Shown here one piece after another: positions 28,506 to 37,512 of a stretch of DNA of 64,000 nt. The DNA comes from Myxococcota bacterium. GTDB lineage: Bacteria; Myxococcota_A; UBA9042; PHBI01; JAWLBL01. Each line of letters starts with the position of its first letter. The first letter of the stretch is position 1. The stretch lies in NCBI GenBank assembly GCA_041687695.1, contig JAWLBL010000003.1, positions 87,660 to 151,659 on the forward strand, read 5' to 3'. Both the position numbers and the translations under genes were made by a program. Under the pieces are notes generated by a model. That model saw nothing but the letters and a program-made list of their open reading frames with translations. It was not told the origin of the DNA and did no database searches.

Positions 28506-28640
28506 CGCCCCGGGACGACGACCCGCCCCGGGACGTCGACCCGCTCTGGGAGTTCCGCCCCGGGGGCGGCGACCCGCTCGGGGAGTTCCGCCCCGGGGCG
28601 GCGACCCGCTCGGGGAGTTCCGCCCCGGGACGGCGGCCCG
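28506..28640. repeat. Short tandem repeat array (18-bp and ~32-bp units)
   Basis: cgccccggg(a/g)cg(a/t/g)cg(a/g)cc five times, with three cgctc(t/g)gggagttc linkers. Confidence 0.85.
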
Positions 28641-28996
28641 GTCTGCTGCCCGCACCCTCTGACCCAGAAGCCTGGGCCTCCCTGCCTCGAAAGCGCCGGA
28701 ACCGTCGCGTCGGCGCAGCCGACGCCTCATCGCGGGGCTCGGGGGCGCAGCCCCCGTGGCGCGGTCCATAGCGCCGGCGTGGCCGGCGCGGTCCATAGCG
28801 GCCTGCGGCCGCGAACGGCACCGCGGCGTCTTGACCTCTCATAACCTCAGGCTATCACCCCCCCACGTGCCGCACCCCCGCCCACCTGCCGCACCCCCAC
28901 CCACCGCAGCGCCCCACCCCCAGTGCCCGCGCCGGGACGCGAAGCGGCCCGGAAGGCTCCCTTCCGGGCCGATATCAGCCCCCCAGCCGCAGCGAA

Positions 28997-29080
28997 GGCC
29001 GGGGTCAAGGGCTTTGTCGTCCGCGAGGAATTGGCCGGCCGCCAGGCCGGCCAAGGGGGACAAAGCCCTTGAGGCCGGCC
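28997..29080. other. Nested stem-loop (14-bp perfect stem enclosing a 10-bp hairpin)
   Basis: tcaagggctttgtc (29005-29018) pairs with gacaaagcccttga (29059-29072); inner ttggccggcc-gcca-ggccggccaa. Confidence 0.8.
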
Positions 29081-29148
29081 GAAGCGGAGGCTACCGACCC
29101 ACCCCCGCCTCCAGGCCTTCCCCCCCTCCAGGCCAGCCGCCCTCCGGC

Positions 29149-29648
29149 GATCCCAGGCCGCCGCCGCCCAGCATCACCGCCCTCCGGCCGGCTGGAAGAG
29201 GATGTCGCAAGCGGCCAACCGGAGTGCTCCACCTTGGTGGAGCCCCCATCCGGCGCAGCTTGCTGCGCCGGGTTTGGCGGCCAGATCCCGGCGGCAAGCC
29301 GCCGGGGCCGGGGCTCCGGCAAGCCGGAGCACTCCAAGGCCGCCTTCGGCGGCGTCATTGAGACACCCTCTGGCAGCCGCTGATCCCAGGCCGCCGCCGC
29401 CCAGCATCACCGCCCTCCGGCCGGCTGGAAGAGGATGTCGCAAGCGGCCAACCGGAGTGCTCCACCTTGGTGGAGCCCCCATCCGGCGCAGCTTGCTGCG
29501 CCGGGTTTGGCGGCCAGATCCCGGCGGCAAGCCGCCGGGGCCGGGGCTCCGGCAAGCCGGAGCACTCCAAGGCCGCCTTCGGCGGCGTCATCGAGACACC
29601 CTCTGGCAGCCGCTGATCCCAGCCCGCCGCCGCCCAGCCTCACCGCCC
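29149..29648. repeat. Tandem 233-bp repeat (two copies plus a 34-bp third start), each containing a REPIN/MITE-like fold-back element
   Basis: Units start at 29149, 29382 and 29615; one visible difference (29359 T vs 29592 C); inverted GGAGTGCTCC hairpin pair and 14-bp imperfect terminal inverted repeats. Confidence 0.92.
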
Positions 29649-29656
29649 CGCCCGAC

Positions 29657-32005
29657 CTACGGCGCCCCCGGCGGGCCGACGTCGAGCTCGAGCACCCGCT
29701 GGCCGCCGTAGAGCCACTGGTAGCGGGCCACCGAGCGGGTGACGCGCTTGGCGTAGCCGCGGGCCTCGTCGTAGGGGATGCGCTCGACGAACTCGTCCAG
29801 CTCGACGTCGCCGAAGGAGCGGCGCCACTTGTTCACCGCGCCGCCGCCCGCGTTGTAGCCGGCGCTGGCGAGGGGGAAGCTGGGGTGCTGGCGGAAGAGG
29901 TTGCCCAGGTACTTGGCGCCCAGCAGGATGGCGTTCTCGGGCTTCTTCAGGTTCTCGCGGGTCGGCTCGATGCCGGTGCCCTTGGACAGGAACTCGGCCG
30001 TGGGCAGGATGATCTGCATCAGGCCGATGGCGTTGGCCCAGGACTCGATGTTCGGGTTGAAGCCGGACTCCTCGCGCATGATGGCCCACAGCCACCAGGG
30101 CGAGATGTTGCGCTGGTCGGCGTTGGCCAGCACCAGATCGGCGTAGGGACGCGGGTGGGCCAGCTCCCACAGGCGGCGGTGGTGGTCCAGGGGCCAGTAG
30201 GCGCCGAAGCGGGGCTCCTCGGCGCGCGAGAGGGCGGTCGCCAGATCGTGGGCGCCGGCCAGGTCGTACAGGGCGATCTCGGTCCACACCCAGTCGCGGC
30301 GGGCGCCCTCGGCGGCGGCGCCGGCGCGGGGGGCGGCCTGCAGCTCGCGGCGGGCGCTGGTGCCCAGGCCCATGCGGGCCAGCTCGACCGCCTTGCGGAA
30401 GTGCTCGTCGCGCCACAGCGGCGCCGGGATGCGGGCCAGCGGGTCGGGCGGCAGGTCGGCCGAACGCATCGCCGCCTCGACCGCCTGGCGCGCCTCGGCC
30501 GGCGAGTCTTGGGCCAGCCGCGCGTGGGCAAGCAGGGTGTACCAGCTCAGCGGATACTCGCTGATGACCTGGCGCCACTGGCCCTTGGCCTCGTCCATGC
30601 GGCCCAGCTTCGCCAGCAGCCGCCCGCGCCAGTAGCGGGTGCGGCCCTCGGCCCGGTAGGAGACCTCGCGCGGCCGCAGCTCCAGCACGGTGGCCGTCAT
30701 CTCCAGCGCCTGCTCCGTCTGCCCCGCCTCGATGCGCGGCCAGATGAGCTGCCAGGACACGTCGTCGATCATGTCGCCGTCGGGCCAGCGGCGGATGGTC
30801 TCGACCAGCTGCTTGTCCGCCGCCGCGTCGTCGCCCCGCTTGCGGTAGACCTCGGCCAGCATCAGCGAGACGTCGTCGACCGTCGACCGCTCGGGGAACA
30901 GCTCGAGGTGCTTCTTGAGCAGCTCCTCGGCCTTGTCGAGCTGGCCGGCGCGCAGGCGGTTGCGCCCGCCCACGAAGGTGGCCAGCGCCAGCGGCTCGCC
31001 CTTGCACTCGAGCGCCCGCTCGAACCAGGGCCAGCCCTCGCTCGCCTTCTTCATCTTCTCGTAGGTGCGCCCGACCAGGATGAAGGCCTCGCACTCGCCG
31101 TACGACCCGTCCGGCAGGCGCTCGATGGCGGCCTTCAGCTCGGTCAGCGCGCTCTGGTGCTGCTGGGCGTCGTAGAAGGCCTTGCCGACCGCCAGCTGCT
31201 GCTCGGGCGAAAAGCCCGCGTCCTTGCCCAGGGCCGAACGCGCCGCCTTGCCGTCCGCCGTGGTCGCAAAGCGCACCGCCACCTCGCGCCGCGCCGCGCG
31301 GGCCCCCTCGGCGTCGCCCTTGGCCTCGAGCAGCGTCGCCAGCTGCGTGTAGGCGGGGATGCTGGCCCCCGGCGAGCGCTGGGTCGCGCCCCGCAGCACC
31401 GCGATGGCCTCGTCCTGTTTGTCCAGGCTCACCAGCGCCCGCGCGCGCAGCTCGCTGGCCCGCGCGTCCAGCCGCGAGTCGTTGGGGATGGTGGCCAGCA
31501 CCCGCGCCGCGTCGGCGTGCCGCTCGGCGCCCACGTAGGACGACCCGGCGTAGAACAGCGCGTAGTCGCTCATCAGCGGCCACTCGGCGGCCATCGCCTC
31601 GAGCTGCTCGGCGGCCGGCAGGAACTGGCCCGCGTCGTGGCGGGCGAGCAGGCCCATGAAGCGCGCCGGGCGGGCGCGCGGATCGTCGGGGCTGCCGGCG
31701 ACGAAGGCCTCGAACCGGTCGGCGGCCTGGGCGTTGCGGCCGGCCTGGAAGTCGGCCAGCGCCTCGGACAGGGGCGGGGCCTGGAAGTAGGGCTGCAGAT
31801 CGTGCACCGCCGGAGGGGCCGCCTCGGCGCTGGGCGTCGGCTGCACGGCGTCGGTGACCGCCGAGGGCGCGCGCGGCTCGGGGCGGGCGCCGGGGCGGTC
31901 GGCCTCGGTGGTCGCGGGCACGCGCGAGTCGGGGCCGGGATCGGGGGCCGAGCAGGCCGATACGGCCAGGGACAGCGCGAGGAAGCAGGGCAGGAGCTTT
32001 TGCAT
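29657..32005 (-). CDS. slt: Slt70-like lytic transglycosylase lipoprotein (TPR superhelix + SLT domain)
   Basis: Lipobox AVSAC; IMREESGFNPNIESWANAIGLMQI, GYNAG and IPYDEARGY. Confidence 0.92.
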   Translation of the reverse strand: MQKLLPCFLALSLAVSACSAPDPGPDSRVPATTEADRPGARPEPRAPSAVTDAVQPTPSAEAAPPAVHDLQPYFQAPPLSEALADFQAGRNAQAADRFEAFVAGSPDDPRARPARFMGLLARHDAGQFLPAAEQLEAMAAEWPLMSDYALFYAGSSYVGAERHADAARVLATIPNDSRLDARASELRARALVSLDKQDEAIAVLRGATQRSPGASIPAYTQLATLLEAKGDAEGARAARREVAVRFATTADGKAARSALGKDAGFSPEQQLAVGKAFYDAQQHQSALTELKAAIERLPDGSYGECEAFILVGRTYEKMKKASEGWPWFERALECKGEPLALATFVGGRNRLRAGQLDKAEELLKKHLELFPERSTVDDVSLMLAEVYRKRGDDAAADKQLVETIRRWPDGDMIDDVSWQLIWPRIEAGQTEQALEMTATVLELRPREVSYRAEGRTRYWRGRLLAKLGRMDEAKGQWRQVISEYPLSWYTLLAHARLAQDSPAEARQAVEAAMRSADLPPDPLARIPAPLWRDEHFRKAVELARMGLGTSARRELQAAPRAGAAAEGARRDWVWTEIALYDLAGAHDLATALSRAEEPRFGAYWPLDHHRRLWELAHPRPYADLVLANADQRNISPWWLWAIMREESGFNPNIESWANAIGLMQIILPTAEFLSKGTGIEPTRENLKKPENAILLGAKYLGNLFRQHPSFPLASAGYNAGGGAVNKWRRSFGDVELDEFVERIPYDEARGYAKRVTRSVARYQWLYGGQRVLELDVGPPGAP

Positions 32006-32189
32006 GATGGGTCGACGATAGCAGTGGCCCCGGGGCCGGTCGACCAAGGAGGTGCCGACGGCCCGCGCGGGGGGCGGTGTTCAGGGTGCCGGTGCGCGCC
32101 GTCAGGGACCCGCCAGGGTCGCGACACGGGGGGCGAGTGTGAGCATCAACCGGCCGCCGAACCACGCCATTTCCGGCCGAACCCGCTCC

Positions 32190-32455
32190 AAGGGGTTCGC
32201 GGCGCCCGCGAAGCCGAGTTGGCGATTCGTGCGGCCTACGCGGCGGCCGTGAAGCCGAGTTGGCGACTTCGAGGAGGCTTCGCGGCCGCCTCGAAGGCAC
32301 CTCCACGGCGCTACGCGCGTCCGCGGCGCCCGCGAGGGTCCTTCGAAACCCAGAACGACCCCTCGCGGGCACCGCGGAGGGTCCTCGAGCGCCCGAGAGG
32401 CCTCCGCGGCGCCCGCGGAGGTCATTTGAAATTCAAAACGACCCTTCGCGGCGTT
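32190..32455. repeat. Cluster of palindromic and direct intergenic repeats
   Basis: gaagccgagttggcga twice; cgcggcgcccgcg three times; two related gg(g)tc...gaaa...aacgaccc stem-loops. Confidence 0.7.
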
Positions 32456-33023
32456 TGGCAGGAGGTTCTGCGGGCATCAGCGCCGAGACGGGGAGGGTCA
32501 CGTCGGGGAAGGCGGCGACGGCGAGCGTGTCGCCAGGCCGGAGGGTCCGGAGCTCACCGTAGTGGCCGCCGTCGGGTTCGCGGTGGACCTCGACCGCGCG
32601 GGCGCCGACGTCGATGAGCCAGACCTCGGGCAGCCCGGCCTCGGCATAGAGCGCGAGCTTGAGTCGATCGCGCTCGGGCCGGGACTCCGCGACCTCGACG
32701 ATCAGGTGAGCCGTCGTCGGGTGGCCGTCCCAATAGTCGCCGGGCGGAACGATGGCGAGGTCGGGCTCGGGCTCGGAGTCGTCGGACAGGGCCAGCGGCA
32801 TCTGGATACGCACTTCGGCGCGGCCGGCCAGCGGGCCGAGCAGGCTGCGATTGAGAACCTGGATGATCGATGCGTGACGGGATCCCTGAGGGCTCATGAG
32901 GCAGAGGACCCCGCGCAGCAGCTCGAGCCGGTCGTCGCCGAAGGCCCCGAGCTCGACCAGGCGCTCGTATTCGCTGCGGCGGAGCGGTCGGAATGCGTCG
33001 GAAGCGGCCATGAGGAAGTTCAT
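32433..33023 (-). CDS. Uma2-family PD-(D/E)xK endonuclease
   Basis: EYERLVELG..RLELLRG..MSPQG..H, SEPEPDLAI, LIVEVAES, K..LYAEAGLPEVWLID. Confidence 0.92.
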   Translation of the reverse strand: MNFLMAASDAFRPLRRSEYERLVELGAFGDDRLELLRGVLCLMSPQGSRHASIIQVLNRSLLGPLAGRAEVRIQMPLALSDDSEPEPDLAIVPPGDYWDGHPTTAHLIVEVAESRPERDRLKLALYAEAGLPEVWLIDVGARAVEVHREPDGGHYGELRTLRPGDTLAVAAFPDVTLPVSALMPAEPPAKRREGSF

Positions 33024-33074
33024 GCCCCAAGTATCGGACCATGGGGCGCCTGAATCCAGCCTCGCGGGCGTTCG

Positions 33075-33953
33075 TCAGCGCGAGGCGTCCGAGGCGCTGG
33101 CAGCCGGCGCGGCGGCGGCCGCGGGCGCGCCGAAGTGCTTGTCGGGGTCGCCGAACCACTGGTGGACGACGCGCGAGATGACGGCGGCGTGGAAGCCGTC
33201 GATGAAGCGGTGGTCGAAGGTCGCGTTGATCTTCATCAGCTTGCGGATGACGACCTGGCCGTCCTCGGCGACGGGGACCTCTTTGACGGCGCCGACCGCC
33301 AGCACCATCGGGACGCGCGAGTAGGGGACCAGCGGGGCGTAGGCGAGATCGAGGCCCAGCGAGCCGACGTTGGTGATCATCACCGAGCCGAAAGGGTCCT
33401 TGGGCAGGCCGGCCCAGCGCAGATCCAGGTTCAGCGTGAAGGACAGGAACGAGACCAGCTTGAGGAAGGGGTTGAGCAAGAAGAAGGGCATCCACTTGAA
33501 CAGGCCCCGCGTCTTCTCGAGCGCCGGGTCGGTGCGCTTGCGGACGGCGTCGACCTTGGCCTGGAACTCGTCGAAGCACTGCTCGAGCGACTTCTGGTCC
33601 ACGTCGTAGAGGGTGGCGCCCGACAGGTCGACCTTGTCCTCGCCCTCGTCGGTCATCACGACCTGGAAGAAGACGCCGATGGACTTGCGCTTGTAGGGGC
33701 GGTTGAAGCGCAGGATGGCGTTGGCGTCGGGGATGCGGGCGAAGCCGGCGGCGATGGCCTTGGCCATCATGTGGCTGACGGTCAGCTTCTTGCCCGTCGC
33801 GGCGCGCCAGCGCTCGAGGTAGTCCATGGCGCGGTCCATCTGGACCTCCATGGTGCCGTAGACGCTGGGGTCGTAGGTCGTCTTCCAGGTCCCGATGGCG
33901 ATCTTGCGGAAGTTCGAGACCGGGTGCGGCTTGTGCAGTTCGACGTTCGGCAT
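33075..33953 (-). CDS. 2-oxoacid dehydrogenase E2 acyltransferase, catalytic domain only
   Basis: FGSVMITNVGSLG and TFDHRFIDG motifs; no lipoyl or E3-binding domain. Confidence 0.88.
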   Translation of the reverse strand: MPNVELHKPHPVSNFRKIAIGTWKTTYDPSVYGTMEVQMDRAMDYLERWRAATGKKLTVSHMMAKAIAAGFARIPDANAILRFNRPYKRKSIGVFFQVVMTDEGEDKVDLSGATLYDVDQKSLEQCFDEFQAKVDAVRKRTDPALEKTRGLFKWMPFFLLNPFLKLVSFLSFTLNLDLRWAGLPKDPFGSVMITNVGSLGLDLAYAPLVPYSRVPMVLAVGAVKEVPVAEDGQVVIRKLMKINATFDHRFIDGFHAAVISRVVHQWFGDPDKHFGAPAAAAAPAASASDASR

Positions 33954-33986
33954 GCCGCCGACGATAGCAGGCGGGGCGGAGCGTCG

Positions 33987-34586
33987 CTACGGCACCACCG
34001 GGGAGAGGCGCTTGCGGTGGCCGACCCAGCGGGTGTCGGCGGCGGCGAGGCGCCAGGGGGCGGCCTGGTCCTCGGGGGAGGCGTAGCCGATGCCGACGCG
34101 GGGGCCGGCCAGGATGGCGGGCGGGGTGGGGCCGTCGAGGACCTCGAGGCCGCCGGGCTCGAAGAGCGGGTGGTGGCTCCAGGTGGTGTCGAGGGCCAGG
34201 GCGGCGCCGACCTTGCCGGGGCCGTCGAGCAGGGCGGGGCCGTCGAGGCCGCGGCGGCGCTGGCGGACGAGGTCCAGGCCGGCCAGGGGCTCGCAGGCGC
34301 GGACGAGGACCGCGGCGCCGTCGCCCTCGGGGCCGGTCACCAGGTTCAGCATCGGGTGGATGCCGTAGCAGACGTAGACGTAGGCGTGGCCGGGCGGGCC
34401 CCACATCGGGGCGTTGCGGGCGGTGCGGCCGGCGCGGCAGTGGTTGGCCGTGTCGCCCGGCCAGCGGTAGGCCTCGGTCTCGGTGATGCGCAGCACGATG
34501 TCGCCCAGGCGCAGGCGCCGGCCCAGCAGATCGCGCGCCACGTCCAGCGCGTCGCGGGCGTAGAAGGCCTGGGGCAGCAGGCTCAT
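33987..34586 (-). CDS. mpg: DNA-3-methyladenine glycosylase (MPG/AAG family)
   Basis: VARDLLG..RITETEAY, GHAYVYVCYGIH..LN.VT, AVLVRA, GPGK, GPRVGI; ATG at 34586. Confidence 0.93.
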   Translation of the reverse strand: MSLLPQAFYARDALDVARDLLGRRLRLGDIVLRITETEAYRWPGDTANHCRAGRTARNAPMWGPPGHAYVYVCYGIHPMLNLVTGPEGDGAAVLVRACEPLAGLDLVRQRRRGLDGPALLDGPGKVGAALALDTTWSHHPLFEPGGLEVLDGPTPPAILAGPRVGIGYASPEDQAAPWRLAAADTRWVGHRKRLSPVVP

Positions 34587-34593
34587 CGGGTTA

Positions 34594-34758
34594 GGAGGCT
34601 GTAGTGAATGAGCTGATTCGCCGGCTCCGGCCGATCTTGGGCAGCTCCGGCCCCGGGAGACGCTGCGGCGAACCGCCCGGTTCACCTCGGTCTCCCGGAA
34701 CCGGATCTGCTCCAACCTCGGCTCGGATCCGACAAATCCCATCATTCACTACAGCCTC

Positions 34759-34759
<1 letters not shown>
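34594..34759. mobile_element. 166-bp MITE with 18-bp perfect TIRs and TA flanks
   Basis: GGAGGCTGTAGTGAATGA (34594-34611) and its reverse complement (34742-34759), flanked by TA at 34592-34593 and 34760-34761. Confidence 0.85.
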
Positions 34760-35531
<772 letters not shown>

Positions 35532-35535
<4 letters not shown>

Positions 35536-36587
35536 GTGGCCTCGAGGGGGCGCTGGCCGCGGCGCAGGAGCCACAGGAAGGTCGGGCCGCCCAGGGTGGC
35601 GGTGAGGGCGCCGACCGGCAGCTCGGTGCCCAGCGGGCCGGCCAGGGCGCGGACCCCGGCGTCGGCCAGCACGACGAAGGCGGCGCCGGCCAGGGCCGAG
35701 GCGGGCAGCATCAGGCGGTGGTCGGGGCCCAGGGCCAGGCGGACGCCGTGGGGGACGATGAGGCCGACGAAGCCGATCATGCCGGTGGCGGCGACTACGG
35801 CGCCGATGGCCAGCGACAGGGCGACGAACAGGCCCAGGCGCAGGCGGTCGGGGTGGACGCCCAGGGTGCGGGCGGTGTCGTCGCCCAGGGCCAGGAGGTT
35901 CAGCGGGCGGGCCCCGGCGGCCAGGGCGGCGGCGGCGAGCAGGGCGGCGGCGGCGAGGGCGGGCAGGATGAGCGGCTGGCCGGGGTCGGGGGCGAGGCTG
36001 CCCATGAGGCGCAGCAGGACGCGCTGGACGGCGCCGGCCTCGGCCAGGGCCTGCAGGACCAGGAGCAGGGCGCCCGCGAAGGCGTTGAAGATGGCGCCGA
36101 CCAGCAGCATGTCCAGCGGCTGGATGCGGCCGCGGCGGGTGGCCAGGGCGGTGACGACGACCAGGGCGAGCAGGGCGCCCAGGAAGCCGCCGGCGGACTC
36201 GGCCAGGCCGCCGCCGGTGGTGAGCGGGGACAGGCCGAGGGCGGTGCCGGCGAGGGCGACCAGGGCGGCGCCAAGGGCTCCGCCGCCGGAGACGCCCAGG
36301 ATGAAAGGGTCGGCCAGGGGGTTGCGCAGCAGGCCCTGCAGGGCGGCGCCGCTGGCGGCCAGGACGGCGCCGGTGAGGAGGCCGGCGAGGACGCGGGGGA
36401 GGCGGTGGTCGACCAGGATGGTGTGGTCGACCGAGGCGGGGTCGCCCAGGGCGGCGGCGAGGTCGAGCGGGGTGGCGCCGATGAGCAGGCCGGCCAGGGC
36501 GCTCAGGGCGGCGACCAGGGCGAGGGCGGCGCTGACGAGGGCCAGCCGCGCGGCCGTGAGCGGCGGGCGGCGGGGCGCCCGGGTCAT
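35532..36587 (-). CDS. FecCD/BtuC-family ABC permease
   Basis: RLPRVLAG, LQGLLRNPLADPFILGVSGG, GMIGFVGLIVPH, ELPVGALTA. Confidence 0.93.
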
Positions 36588-37453
36588 CGGGGCGCGGGCT
36601 CCGCGAGGAGGGCGGTCAGGCGGGCCAGGGCGTCGGGCAGGCCGGGGCCGAGCAGGGTGAGGGTGTCGTCGGGCCAGACGTGGACGCGCGAGAGGGTGGC
36701 GGGGGGCAGGCCGGCGACGCCGGACCAGAAGGCGCGGGCGGTGGCGTCGTCGGGGAAGCGGGTGGTGGGCGAGACGTGGATGACGACGTCGGGGGCGAGG
36801 CGGACGATCTGCTCGAGGGGCAGGCGGGCGGTGACCGGGCCGCCCTGGGCGGCGTTGGTGGCGCCGAGGACGTCGAGCAGGGCGGCGATGTGGTCGCCGC
36901 CGCCGGTGGTGTAGACGTGGCCGGCGCTGACGTCGTAGACGAGCAGGACCTTGGGGGGGCGGGCGTCGCCGGGGCGGGCGGCGGCGGCGGCGCGGGCGGC
37001 GGCGAGGGCGGCGTCGAGGCGCTGGACCAGGGCGGCGGCGGGGGCGCGGGCGTCGAGGCGGTCGCCGATGGCGAGGGTGGCGGCGCGGAGATCGGCGACG
37101 GTGAGGAGCGGGAAGGAGACGACGTCGAGGCCGCCGTCGCGCAGGGAGGCGATGGCGTCGGTGGTGGTGGCGTACTCGCCGGCCAGGACGAGGTCGGGGC
37201 GCTGGGCGAGGACGCGCTCGGGGTCGGGGCGCATGTCGCCGACGACCGGCATGTGGGCGTCGCGCGGGCAGTAGCGGGTGACGCCGACCAGGTGCTCGGC
37301 GCGGCCGAGGTGGTGGACGAGGGCGGTGACCGAGGGGGTCAGCGAGACCACGCGGGGGCGCGGGACCGGGTGGTCGCCGCGGGCGTCGCGGCAGCCGGCG
37401 AGGGCCAGCAGGGCGAGCAGGGCGAGGGGCAGCAGGCGGGGGAGGGCGGGCAT
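36584..37453 (-). CDS. Helical-backbone substrate-binding lipoprotein (BtuF-like)
   Basis: Lipobox LAGC; RVVSLTPSVT..LG..LVGVTRYC, E.VLAQRPDLVL. Confidence 0.88.
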   Translation of the reverse strand: MPALPRLLPLALLALLALAGCRDARGDHPVPRPRVVSLTPSVTALVHHLGRAEHLVGVTRYCPRDAHMPVVGDMRPDPERVLAQRPDLVLAGEYATTTDAIASLRDGGLDVVSFPLLTVADLRAATLAIGDRLDARAPAAALVQRLDAALAAARAAAAARPGDARPPKVLLVYDVSAGHVYTTGGGDHIAALLDVLGATNAAQGGPVTARLPLEQIVRLAPDVVIHVSPTTRFPDDATARAFWSGVAGLPPATLSRVHVWPDDTLTLLGPGLPDALARLTALLAEPAPR

Positions 37454-37512
37454 CACGGGCCGCGTGGTAACCCGCGGCGCGCGCCGGGCGCAAGGGTTGC
37501 CTGCGGGGGGCG

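Noticed and set aside
28506..28640. CRISPR or mini-array
   Set aside because: The linkers are 14 bp and near-identical rather than unique spacers.
29149..29648. CRISPR-like array (34-bp repeat three times)
   Set aside because: The intervening segments are 199 bp and almost identical to each other, and there are no cas genes; this is a tandem duplication.
28336..29711. Small ORFs in the repeat region
   Set aside because: They show no recognisable motifs or consistent codon bias and simply translate the repeats.
33987..34745. Extended N-terminus of mpg starting at 34745
   Set aside because: The extension is read-through of the MITE; MPG-like sequence starts at the ATG at 34586.
37454..37512. 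Cobalamin riboswitch upstream of the BtuFCD-like operon
   Set aside because: The gap is only 59 bp and has no B12-box motifs, so the substrate (B12, haem or siderophore) is left unassigned and no btu symbols are given.
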